From: Acidimicrobiia bacterium
Lineage (GTDB): Bacteria > Actinomycetota > Acidimicrobiia > Spongiisociales > ZC4RG35
Reading direction: 5' to 3'
Length of the DNA stretch: 46,669 nt
NCBI GenBank assembly: GCA_040878225.1
Contig: JBBDMR010000169.1
Span: forward strand, 1-46,669
The notes beneath the pieces were generated by a model. That model saw only the letters and a list, made by a program, of their open reading frames with translations, did not search any database and had not been told where the DNA came from. How positions within the stretch are numbered: the first letter of the stretch is position 1; each line of letters begins with the position of its first letter. The position numbers and the translations under genes were made by a program. Shown here piece after piece: positions 39,326 through 46,669 of the stretch.

Positions 39326-40600
39326 TCAACACTTCCTGGGCGGTGGCCGTCCGCTCTTGGTGTAGCGATGTCCGAGCCGACTGGTCCAGAGGTAGTCGCC
39401 TCCGGGAAGTGGCTCGTAGGTCCAGCCGTACCGGTGCCGGCCGACGTGGTCGTGGCGGCAGCCAGGGGCCAGGTCTTTGACATTGGTCTTTCCGGTCTCG
39501 GCCCAGGGTTTGATGTGATCGAGGTCACATTCGGTGGCAGGCATGCGGCACCCGGGGAAGGCGCAGATCAAATCACGCAATTCGACGTGTCTCTCCTGGG
39601 GGGCGTCGGGGCGGCGCTTCGTGGTCCCGATGTGAACCGCCATCCCGGTGTCGGGATCGGTCACACGGAACCGCCAGCTCGAGCCTTTTCGCTCTTCGGC
39701 GACCTGACGGGCGATGTCTGCGATAACCGGGCCGAAGCCGGCCAACTCGCCGGGATGATCGGCCAGGCCCGCCAGCGTCTCCAGATCGACGTGGATGTTG
39801 ACGGTGCCGTTGCGCTTGGTTTGGTGAGCCGAGTCTCCGCAGAGGAGATCGAGGGCGATATCGGCTCGAAGTTGGTCCATCGTCCTGGTCTCACCCGGGA
39901 CTCGCAACGATTCGGCGATGGTGTTGATGCGATCGAATGCAGCAGAAGCCTTGACGGGTGAGATATCACTGAGGATGACGTTGGCGGTGCCGTCGAGAGT
40001 GGGTTCCCGGACCAAGCGACGGTCTTCGAGGGCGGATTCATATCGCTTCTTGGCAGCTTCCGGCTCGACCTCGAGGCACAGTTTCTGGACCTTCGAGCGG
40101 AGTTCGCCGGTGGTCAGTTGAGGGGCTCGGCCGATCACTTCTTCGACGACCTGGCGGGCCTGGCCTTCGGAGAGATGCTCGGTGCCGTTGACGAGAACAC
40201 GGGCGCGACGGACGTCGATCTCGCCGGACCACAAGGCCTCGCCGACCGCAGGGAGTCGATGTTTCAGGACGTGGGCAAAGTCGATCTCGACCTCGGCCAT
40301 CCGCCGTGTCAGGCGCAGCGCAGCCCGAAGTTCCATGGCGGCTGCGTCGAGTCCGAATTCCAACTCGCCGTCGAACTCGACCATGAGGTCAGCGAGTTCA
40401 GCGATGTTCTGATAGGTCCGGGCGGCATAATGTGACGCCATCTTCTGGTGAGCCTGGAGCACCAGCACCTGGTCGTAGCCCGACAACTCGGCAGGATCGA
40501 CCACCGACAGGAAGGCGGCCAGAGCCGGCCCGGGCTCCCGATCGAGAAGCCCTACCGGGAAAACCGTGGTCTGGTGCGCTGATTTCTCGTGATCGAACAT
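39326..40600 (-). CDS. DUF222 domain HNH endonuclease (13E12-repeat-like family)
   Basis: RTMDQLRAD, GFGPV, RDLICAFPGC...CDLDHIKPW...T..DLAPGCRHDH...W; N-terminal MF encoded within an SOS box. Confidence 0.9.
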   Translation of the reverse strand: MFDHEKSAHQTTVFPVGLLDREPGPALAAFLSVVDPAELSGYDQVLVLQAHQKMASHYAARTYQNIAELADLMVEFDGELEFGLDAAAMELRAALRLTRRMAEVEIDFAHVLKHRLPAVGEALWSGEIDVRRARVLVNGTEHLSEGQARQVVEEVIGRAPQLTTGELRSKVQKLCLEVEPEAAKKRYESALEDRRLVREPTLDGTANVILSDISPVKASAAFDRINTIAESLRVPGETRTMDQLRADIALDLLCGDSAHQTKRNGTVNIHVDLETLAGLADHPGELAGFGPVIADIARQVAEERKGSSWRFRVTDPDTGMAVHIGTTKRRPDAPQERHVELRDLICAFPGCRMPATECDLDHIKPWAETGKTNVKDLAPGCRHDHVGRHRYGWTYEPLPGGDYLWTSRLGHRYTKSGRPPPRKC

Positions 40601-40608
40601 ATGTTCGA
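40593..40608. promoter_or_regulatory. Perfect LexA (SOS) box containing the DUF222-HNH start codon
   Basis: TCGAAC-ATAT-GTTCGA, a perfect 16-bp palindrome; -10 TACGAT directly adjacent (40614-40609). Confidence 0.92.
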
Positions 40609-40751
40609 ATCGTACATACCGCCTGGGACAGATTCAATCCCCCCGTCCCCAAATCGAGAATTTTCTTTTGCATTGGATCACTCAACGGTGACGGGGGTCC
40701 GGAGTTCGACACTCGACCTAGGTGCTCAACCTCTGGACTTGAGGTCCAAAA

Positions 40752-41777
40752 CTATCGCCAGCCGAGGGCGGGGGCCACGTATTTGAGGATGCTCTCCAGG
40801 GCGTGGGCGTTGTAGTCGACGCCGAGTTGATTGGGAACAGTCAGGAGGAGCGTGTCTGCTGCGGCAATCGCCTCGTCCTGTGCGAGTTGCTCGACGAGGG
40901 CGTCGGGCTCGTCGGCGTATGAGCGACCGAAGATCGCCCGAGTGTTCTCGTCGATGTATCCGATCTGATCACCCTCCTGTCGACCGCCGCCCCCGAAATA
41001 GGCACGATCGCGGTCGTCGACCAGGGCGAAAATGCTCCTGCTCACCGACACTCTCGGCTCCCGCTCGTGGCCGGCGGCAACCCAGGCCTCGCGGTAGACG
41101 TCGATCTGTCGCTTCTGCTGGATGTGGAGCGGCTCCCCGCTCTCGTCGAACTTGAGTGTCGAGGTCTGCATGTGCATCCCCAGCTCCGCAGCCCACACTG
41201 CAGTCTCGTCGGAGCCCGAGCCCCACCAGATCCGTTCCCTGAGGCCGGGCGAGTGGGGTTCGATGCGAAGCAGGCCCGGCGGGTTGGGAAACATCGGCCG
41301 AGGGTTGGGTCGGGCGAACCCCCGTCCTTCGAGCATCATGAGATATGCCTCGGTGTGACGTCGAGCCATGTCGGCGTCGGACTCCCCTGCTTCGGGTTCG
41401 TATCCAAAGTAGCGAAACCCGTCGATCACCTGCTCCGGTGAGCCGCGGCTGATCCCGAGTTGGAGACGACCGCCGGCGATGATGTCGGCGGCTCCGGAGT
41501 CCTCGACCATGTAGTGAGGGTTCTCGTAGCGCATGTCGATCACCGCGGTACCGATCTCGATGCGGCTGGTCCGTGCGCCGACTGCGGCAAGAAGCGGGAA
41601 TGGGGAGCCGAGCTGCTGGGCGAAGTGGTGGACCCGGTAATAGGCGCCGTCGACACCGAGTTCCTCGGCGGCGACCGCCAGCTCAATCGACTGCAGGAGG
41701 GCGTCTGACGCGGTCCGGACCATCGAGTGCGGGGAGTCCGACCAGTGGCCGAAGGACAGGAATCCGATCTTCTTCAC
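40752..41777 (-). CDS. Luciferase-like (LLM class) flavin-dependent oxidoreductase
   Basis: KIGFLSFGHW, AEELGVDGAYYRVHHF, SPFPLLAAVGARTSRIEIGTAV, GRLQLGISRG. Start GTG 41777 is 7 nt after -10 TAACAT. Confidence 0.92.
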   Translation of the reverse strand: MKKIGFLSFGHWSDSPHSMVRTASDALLQSIELAVAAEELGVDGAYYRVHHFAQQLGSPFPLLAAVGARTSRIEIGTAVIDMRYENPHYMVEDSGAADIIAGGRLQLGISRGSPEQVIDGFRYFGYEPEAGESDADMARRHTEAYLMMLEGRGFARPNPRPMFPNPPGLLRIEPHSPGLRERIWWGSGSDETAVWAAELGMHMQTSTLKFDESGEPLHIQQKRQIDVYREAWVAAGHEREPRVSVSRSIFALVDDRDRAYFGGGGRQEGDQIGYIDENTRAIFGRSYADEPDALVEQLAQDEAIAAADTLLLTVPNQLGVDYNAHALESILKYVAPALGWR

Positions 41778-41870
41778 GGCCTCGATGTTAGAGGTGTCCC
41801 TGTGGATCAAGTCCTCCGAGAAGCGGGGTTGGTTGACCACCTCCCCGTGTTCAGGTGGTAGAGCCTGTGC

Positions 41871-42149
41871 TCAGCTGACGTGATAGGCGAAGGGGTCGAG
41901 CAACGAAACCTCAGAGATCCGGTCGACCGGAAGACCATTGCTTGCAGCGGTCAGACGGATGGACTCGGGGCTCGGTGCCTCGTAGACACAGAAGGTCTTT
42001 CTCTGCGAGACGGAGACGTACGAGTGGATCCACAGGACGCTGCGGTCGGCGTTGCAGGCGATGATCGACTGCAGCAGCTTCCGTCCTTCCGACCCGGCCG
42101 GAACCACAAACCCTTCAGGAAAGGTTCGTTCAACCATGTAACGGGGCAT
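41871..42149 (-). CDS. DUF4242 domain protein (SCO4226-like small ferredoxin-fold family)
   Basis: MPRYMVERTF, WIHSYVS...KTFCVYEAPSPESIR...NGLPVDRISEV; SD GGAGA before ATG 42149. Confidence 0.88.
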   Translation of the reverse strand: MPRYMVERTFPEGFVVPAGSEGRKLLQSIIACNADRSVLWIHSYVSVSQRKTFCVYEAPSPESIRLTAASNGLPVDRISEVSLLDPFAYHVS

Positions 42150-42190
42150 CAGCTCTCCGGTAGGAAGGTGCCAACGTATCGACGTTCCGT

Positions 42191-42206
42191 TCCCGACACA
42201 TCGGGA
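42191..42206. promoter_or_regulatory. Palindromic candidate operator between the LuxR-STAND gene and DUF4242
   Basis: TCCCGA-CACA-TCGGGA perfect 6-bp inverted repeat, 12 nt upstream of -10-like TACGTT (42178-42173, minus strand). Confidence 0.45.
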
Positions 42207-42213
42207 GGAATGC

Positions 42214-44811
42214 CTAGATCGGAGCCCGAGATCCGGTGTCGGTCCACCCGTTCGCATGAGCCGTTGCTACGGCCTGGAGGCGACTGGATGCGTTCAGCTT
42301 GGAAAGGACCGCAGAAACGTGATGACCGGCAGTCTTCTCGCTGATGAACAACTCCTCCGAGATCGCAGAGTTCGAAAAGCCGGACGCCATCAATTCCAGG
42401 ACTTCGAGTTGTCGATCGGTGAGCCCGGCTGGATTTACCCGGGTTGCCGGTCGACTACCCCTCGGGATCGGTCGGACTCCTCGTCGTTGCAGCTCACGTC
42501 TCAATCCGCGGAGCACGCCTTCAGCCCCTAGTGAGCTCAAATCGGAGAACACTGCGTTGAGGTCGGCTCCCGGGACCATTGCCCGTGTCACAGCCGCGTG
42601 CACGGGGAAGCTCTTGTGCTCCCACGCCTCCGCGGCCTCATCGACAGCTCCGGCCCATTCCCGCCCCGCAGGGCCGGAGATACTTCCGGCGGGTGGCTCG
42701 AGGTCGAGACGTCGAGCCCAGAAGGCGAGAATGCTCCGACCTGACCCGTAATCGGCCAGGGCGGGGGTCGTACGCACGCCCTCGTACCATTCTTTGGCTA
42801 TGTCCATCGGGATGACTCCGATCCATGAGCCCTCAAGAGCGAGGGCACATCCCAGCACGAGATTCACGATGTCGGTGGAGCCCTCGATTCGTCCCAGGGC
42901 GGCTTCTATCGCCTCAGTCGACCCGGGGTCGCCGCGTCGCGCTCTGAGCGATGCCGCAGTCACAAGTACCTCGACTTCCGTTTGGACGCAGGTTCGCTGT
43001 CCCAGAACCCGTTCCAGATCGAGATCGGCCTCGAACCATCGGCCCGCCATTACGTTGATCCAGGCCCTGGTGGCGAGGGCAGCGATATACCAGGCGTCGA
43101 GCTGATGCGCTGTCGTGTATTCGATCAGTCGGTCGAAATGAAGTCGTGCTTCGTTCAGGAAACCGGCCTCCAAATTGATCAGACCGAGATTGTTCATCGC
43201 CCGCGAAGTGAACTCCTCGGCTTCTGTGGTAGTCCCCAGATCGACCGCCGCCGCGACCTCTACCAGACCTCGCCGATCGCCAAGGTAGCTTCGAGCGGTC
43301 CCAGCCGTTGTCGCCGCATGGACTTCCACATTCGGGGCATCCGCCTCCCTTGCGATGGCCACGGCTTCGTCGCCGAGACGAATGGCCTCCTCCCACTTAC
43401 TCTCGACCAGGTCCACCCAGGCGATCGCGGCCAGAGCCAATGCAAGCTCCAGTGAAGACGGTTGGGAGCGCAGCACCTCGACAGCCGGGTTCGCCTCCCG
43501 GCGGACCGCACTGAGATCGTTCTGGCGCGAGTGGAAGTAGGCCTTCCACGCTCTAGCCTTCGCCTGCTCGAACTCTGAGGTCCTTCGACCGACGCGCCTG
43601 GCGCTGAGCTCAACCGCAGTATCAAACGCGTTAATCAGGCAGTGTTCCTGGGCAGCTTCGAGAAGAACGTCGGTCAATTCCTCATCAGGCACCGACGCAC
43701 CAGACTCGACAGCGTTCGAATAGTGAAATGCTGCCTGACGATGGGCTCCAACCTTCCCCGCCGCCCGGGCGGCTTGCACGGAATATTCGAATCCCTTGTC
43801 TACGTCACCCGCCCCCAGGCTGTGGTAGGCAAGCTTGGCCATATCAGGCGAGTCTGTTGATCCGTTCTCCAGAAAATCCAGAAGTCGTTGGTGTAGATGT
43901 TGCTTCATGACTGGGGGTATGGCGTGGTTGAGACTCTCCCGTATCAGGTCGTGCCGGCAGCGTGCTCTTCCTCTCTCGACGACGAGAATCCTCCTTTGGA
44001 CTGCCTGGTCGAGACAAGCCCCCGCCCCGGGATACTCGGCCAAGAGGAGTGCGAGATCGACTCCGTCGGTGCCCAACGCCGCCAGGTGCAAAATCTCCAA
44101 GCCCGGTTCGGGGAGCTGGGCGGCGCTGGAGAGGACGGCGTTCTGCACAGTCGGGGGGAGGTCGGTTCCGCGGTTTCGCAGCACCTCCTCGACAAAGAAG
44201 GGGTTTCCCAACGTGGCGGCATGTAGTTCCTCTGGGTCGACATCGATGCCGAGGCTCAGTTGAGCTACACCGGATACGCTCAGCGGGGGAAGCTCGATCC
44301 TTGCCGCATCCCTTCCTAGGTCAGCGACGACCATCCGGAAAGGATGGGCGAGATCGACCTCTTCCGATCTGTATGTGGCGATGAGGGTGCTGTTGGTGGC
44401 GCTGATCCTCCTACCGAGGTACCGAATGAGACCCATTGTCGCCTCGTCGCCCCAATGCAAGTCGTCGATTACCAGCACGACATGGTCGTTCTTGAGCAGA
44501 TCCAGCATCCCGGCATGCACTACGGACCGTGAAGATCCGTTGCGAAGGTCTTGACGAAGATCGGCCGGAAAGGCGTCGAGCAAATCAAACAGTGGCGCAA
44601 AGGCGACCGGTATCCCAACAGGCTCGCAGGCCGAGAAAAGGACGGTGTGGCGATGGTCCAGGGCATCCAACGCCACCTTGAGGATCGAGGTCTTGCCGAA
44701 GCCGGCCTCTCCGGAGAGAAGCACCACTTTGCCCGCGTCGTCCGACCCGGCGATCACCGACTGGAGCGCCTCGAGCTGCTCCTCTCGCTCGACGAGAGAA
44801 CCAATGGTCAT
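42214..44811 (-). CDS. Large ATP-binding LuxR-family (LAL/STAND) regulator: AAA ATPase + TPR-like + LuxR HTH
   Basis: LVERE, Walker A GEAGFGKT, Walker B LVIDDLHW, GNPFFV, C-terminal GLTDRQLEVL...SNSAISEELFISEKTAGHHVSAVLSKL. Confidence 0.93.
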   Translation of the reverse strand: MTIGSLVEREEQLEALQSVIAGSDDAGKVVLLSGEAGFGKTSILKVALDALDHRHTVLFSACEPVGIPVAFAPLFDLLDAFPADLRQDLRNGSSRSVVHAGMLDLLKNDHVVLVIDDLHWGDEATMGLIRYLGRRISATNSTLIATYRSEEVDLAHPFRMVVADLGRDAARIELPPLSVSGVAQLSLGIDVDPEELHAATLGNPFFVEEVLRNRGTDLPPTVQNAVLSSAAQLPEPGLEILHLAALGTDGVDLALLLAEYPGAGACLDQAVQRRILVVERGRARCRHDLIRESLNHAIPPVMKQHLHQRLLDFLENGSTDSPDMAKLAYHSLGAGDVDKGFEYSVQAARAAGKVGAHRQAAFHYSNAVESGASVPDEELTDVLLEAAQEHCLINAFDTAVELSARRVGRRTSEFEQAKARAWKAYFHSRQNDLSAVRREANPAVEVLRSQPSSLELALALAAIAWVDLVESKWEEAIRLGDEAVAIAREADAPNVEVHAATTAGTARSYLGDRRGLVEVAAAVDLGTTTEAEEFTSRAMNNLGLINLEAGFLNEARLHFDRLIEYTTAHQLDAWYIAALATRAWINVMAGRWFEADLDLERVLGQRTCVQTEVEVLVTAASLRARRGDPGSTEAIEAALGRIEGSTDIVNLVLGCALALEGSWIGVIPMDIAKEWYEGVRTTPALADYGSGRSILAFWARRLDLEPPAGSISGPAGREWAGAVDEAAEAWEHKSFPVHAAVTRAMVPGADLNAVFSDLSSLGAEGVLRGLRRELQRRGVRPIPRGSRPATRVNPAGLTDRQLEVLELMASGFSNSAISEELFISEKTAGHHVSAVLSKLNASSRLQAVATAHANGWTDTGSRAPI

Positions 44812-44906
44812 AGGTCAGACAGTACAGCCGGGCCCCTGGTTGCGATAGAGGCAGTTGGTGCGGTCCAACAACTCTCTGTCATTGGGCGCGACTACCTTCG
44901 AACCGC

Positions 44907-45449
44907 ATGGCTACCTATGTCGTCCTTCTCCGGGGAATAAACGTCGGGGGGAACAAGCGGATCAAGATGAGCGACTTGAGGGAGGCCCTTACGGCTGTCG
45001 GCATCGAGGATCCCCGGACCCTCCTGCAGAGTGGGAACGTCGTCGTCGAGTCCAACGCAGACACGGCGGCCTTGGTCGATATCGTCGAGACCACCATCCA
45101 GTCGACGTTCGGGTTCCACAGCTCGGTGATCGTCAGGACCGCCGACGAAATCCGGGAATTACTCGCCAACCACCCGTTTACTGCTGAACAAATCGAAGAC
45201 GGACGGTTTGCCCATGTCGGTTTCTGCAGGGATAACCCTGACCGGGACGGCTTCGAATCCCTGCACGAAGCCCACGAAGGTCCGGAGGAGATGAGGCTGG
45301 TCGGGCGGGAGCTATTTGTGTACTACCCGGACGGGTCGGGGGGTTCCAAGCTGACCAACTCTGTGATCGAGAAACACCTGGCCACACCCACCACATCACG
45401 CAACTGGAACACGGTCGAGAAAATCAACGCGATGCTCGAGGCCCGCTGA
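44907..45449 (+). CDS. DUF1697 domain protein
   Basis: YVVLLRGINVGG..IKMSDL, TLLQSGNVV, SKL, TSRNWNTVEK. Confidence 0.9.
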   Translation: MATYVVLLRGINVGGNKRIKMSDLREALTAVGIEDPRTLLQSGNVVVESNADTAALVDIVETTIQSTFGFHSSVIVRTADEIRELLANHPFTAEQIEDGRFAHVGFCRDNPDRDGFESLHEAHEGPEEMRLVGRELFVYYPDGSGGSKLTNSVIEKHLATPTTSRNWNTVEKINAMLEAR

Positions 45450-45477
45450 CGCCAAGCTGTCCTCGGAGATCAAGCTC

Positions 45478-45738
45478 CGTTGGTGGGAACGCCCCACCCT
45501 CCCCGGCGGAGGGAGAGACACTCCCGCGGTTCGAACTGTCCTCCCGCTTGCGGGAGGAAGGTCCCTGCCGGCCCGGAGGGCCGGGAGGTAGGAGGGAGAG
45601 GTTCTCTCGGGCTGGGAGCTTGAGCAGCGTTGGTGGGAACGCCCCACCCTCCCCTCCGACCTATCGGTCGGAGGTACTCCCTCCGCAAGCGGAGGGAGAG
45701 TTGCAGCGGAGGGAGAGTTGCAGCGGAGGGAGAGTTGC
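45478..45738. repeat. REP/BIME-like palindromic repeat mosaic with a 3x17-bp tandem tail
   Basis: 27-bp direct repeat at 45478-45504 and 45628-45654; GC-rich hairpins at 45539-45558, 45568-45584, 45653-45674 and 45677-45698; AGCGGAGGGAGAGTTGC x3 at 45688-45738; lies between convergent genes. Confidence 0.85.
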
Positions 45739-45754
45739 GTGTTGCGGTCGGCCT

Positions 45755-46138
45755 TCAGCCGATTACCGCTTCGGCTTCCATTTCTACCTTCCAGCGGGGG
45801 TCGAGCATTCCTACCACCACGACCATCGTCGATGCGGGGCGGATCTCGGAGAAGACTTTGCCGTGTTCGGCGGCGACCGCCTCCCAGTCGGCGGCGTTGG
45901 TGAGATAGGTGCGGGTGCGGACCACGTCGTCGAACGAGGCACCGGCGTCCTCTAAGGCCTCGCCGATGATCTCGAGACAGCGGGCAGCCTGGACGCCGGG
46001 ATCCGGATCGACTCCGCCGTCGGACCAGATCGGGGCGGTGCCGGCGACGAGGATCCTGTCGTCGACGCGGACGGCCCGGCTGAAGCCGACCGATTGTTCA
46101 AACGGTGACCCGGACGAGATCAGTATCTTCTCGACCAT
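45755..46138 (-). CDS. Rid (YjgF/YER057c/UK114) family protein lacking the RidA catalytic Arg
   Basis: GFSRAVRV, VAGT, Q...L..I..AL, DVVRTRTY, RPAST, VEMEAEA; TGATG-coupled to yebC. Confidence 0.9.
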   Translation of the reverse strand: MVEKILISSGSPFEQSVGFSRAVRVDDRILVAGTAPIWSDGGVDPDPGVQAARCLEIIGEALEDAGASFDDVVRTRTYLTNAADWEAVAAEHGKVFSEIRPASTMVVVVGMLDPRWKVEMEAEAVIG

Positions 46139-46668
46139 CAGACGTCCGAGAGGACTTTTTCCATGACGGCATCGTCGATGTCGTAGTTGGAGAACACGGC
46201 CTGGACATCGTCGAGGTCGTCGAGGGCGTCGATCAGCCTCAGGATCTTGCGGGCGTCTGCTTCCTCGACCGGGACGGTTGTGGCCGGAATTCGGGTGACT
46301 TCTGCCGACTCTACGGAAACACCGGACTCCTCGACTGCTTTGCGGACCGCGGCCATTTCGGCTGGTTCGGTGACGACTTCGACCAGGCCGTCTCCGCCGT
46401 CGCGGATGTCCTCCGCACCTGCGTCGAGGGCGGCGAGCATGACGTCGTCCTCGGTGCCCCTCGCCAGGATCATGCCCTTCTGGCTGAACAAGTAGCCCAC
46501 CGAACCGGGCTCGCCCAGGTTGCCGTTGTTCCTTGTGAAAGTGGAGCGGACGTCGGAGGCGGCGCGGTTGCGGTTGTCGGTGAGGATCTGGACGTAGAGC
46601 GCCACTCCCCCCGGGCCGTACCCTTCGTACCAGATCTCCTCATAGACGGCCCCCTCGACCTCGCCGGT
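46138..46668 (-). CDS. yebC: YebC/PmpR (TACO1) family protein, 5' end outside the window
   Basis: Frame stays open to the window edge: YEEIWYEGYGPGGVA, TDNRNR, GSVGYLF..KG, LDAGAED, LDDLDDVQAVFSN. Confidence 0.95.
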   Translation of the reverse strand, partial: TGEVEGAVYEEIWYEGYGPGGVALYVQILTDNRNRAASDVRSTFTRNNGNLGEPGSVGYLFSQKGMILARGTEDDVMLAALDAGAEDIRDGGDGLVEVVTEPAEMAAVRKAVEESGVSVESAEVTRIPATTVPVEEADARKILRLIDALDDLDDVQAVFSNYDIDDAVMEKVLSDV

Positions 46669-46669
46669 G

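Noticed and set aside
40725-40751. CTCAA-N9-TTGAG and TGGAC/GTCCA inverted repeats as a SoxR/MerR or HspR operator or terminator
   Set aside because: Spacing and orientation do not fit those consensus sites, no matching -10 is found, and the T-run lies on the wrong side for an LLM terminator.
45520-45560. GGTTCGAAC as a tRNA T-loop or integration-site remnant
   Set aside because: No cloverleaf, acceptor stem or CCA can be built around it; it sits within the repeat mosaic.
45478-45654. Two identical 27-bp hairpin-containing repeats as a mini CRISPR array
   Set aside because: Only two copies, a 123-bp 'spacer' that is itself palindromic repeat sequence, and no cas genes or AT-rich leader.
45470-45955. 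Short ORFs across the repeat region
   Set aside because: Low-complexity translations of the palindromic repeats or antisense to the Rid gene.

Overview
GC-rich chromosomal segment from an Actinomycetota bacterium (mIHF, helicase-degenerate PriA, TCGAAC-N4-GTTCGA SOS boxes, DUF222-HNH gene; Acidimicrobiia-like is my inference). About 37 kb is the conserved housekeeping super-cluster, nearly all on the minus strand: yebC ... ruvCAB-tgt-yajC-[secDF, inverted]-apt-rel-MBL hydrolase-hisS-aspS-alaS-ruvX-mltG-aroE-DUF4388-prepilin peptidase-aroCKB-efp-nusB-pyrRBC-carAB-pyrD-pyrF-mihF-gmk-rpoZ-coaBC-metK-priA. A ~9 kb accessory patch separates yebC from ruvC (RNB nuclease, SAM methyltransferase, SOS-controlled DUF222-HNH, LLM monooxygenase, DUF4242 plus a STAND-LuxR regulator, DUF1697, a REP-like mosaic, Rid protein). 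I saw no rRNA, tRNA, CRISPR array, integrase or transposase. Most notable: NusB with an N-terminal IF2_N-like domain in place of its Arg-rich arm; a PyrR-binding loop that hides the RBS of a 9-codon uORF coupled to pyrR; LexA boxes with the start codon inside them; an inverted fused secDF; many leaderless-type promoters; a possible ATA start for priA. All family calls come from motif recognition by eye, not from database searches.
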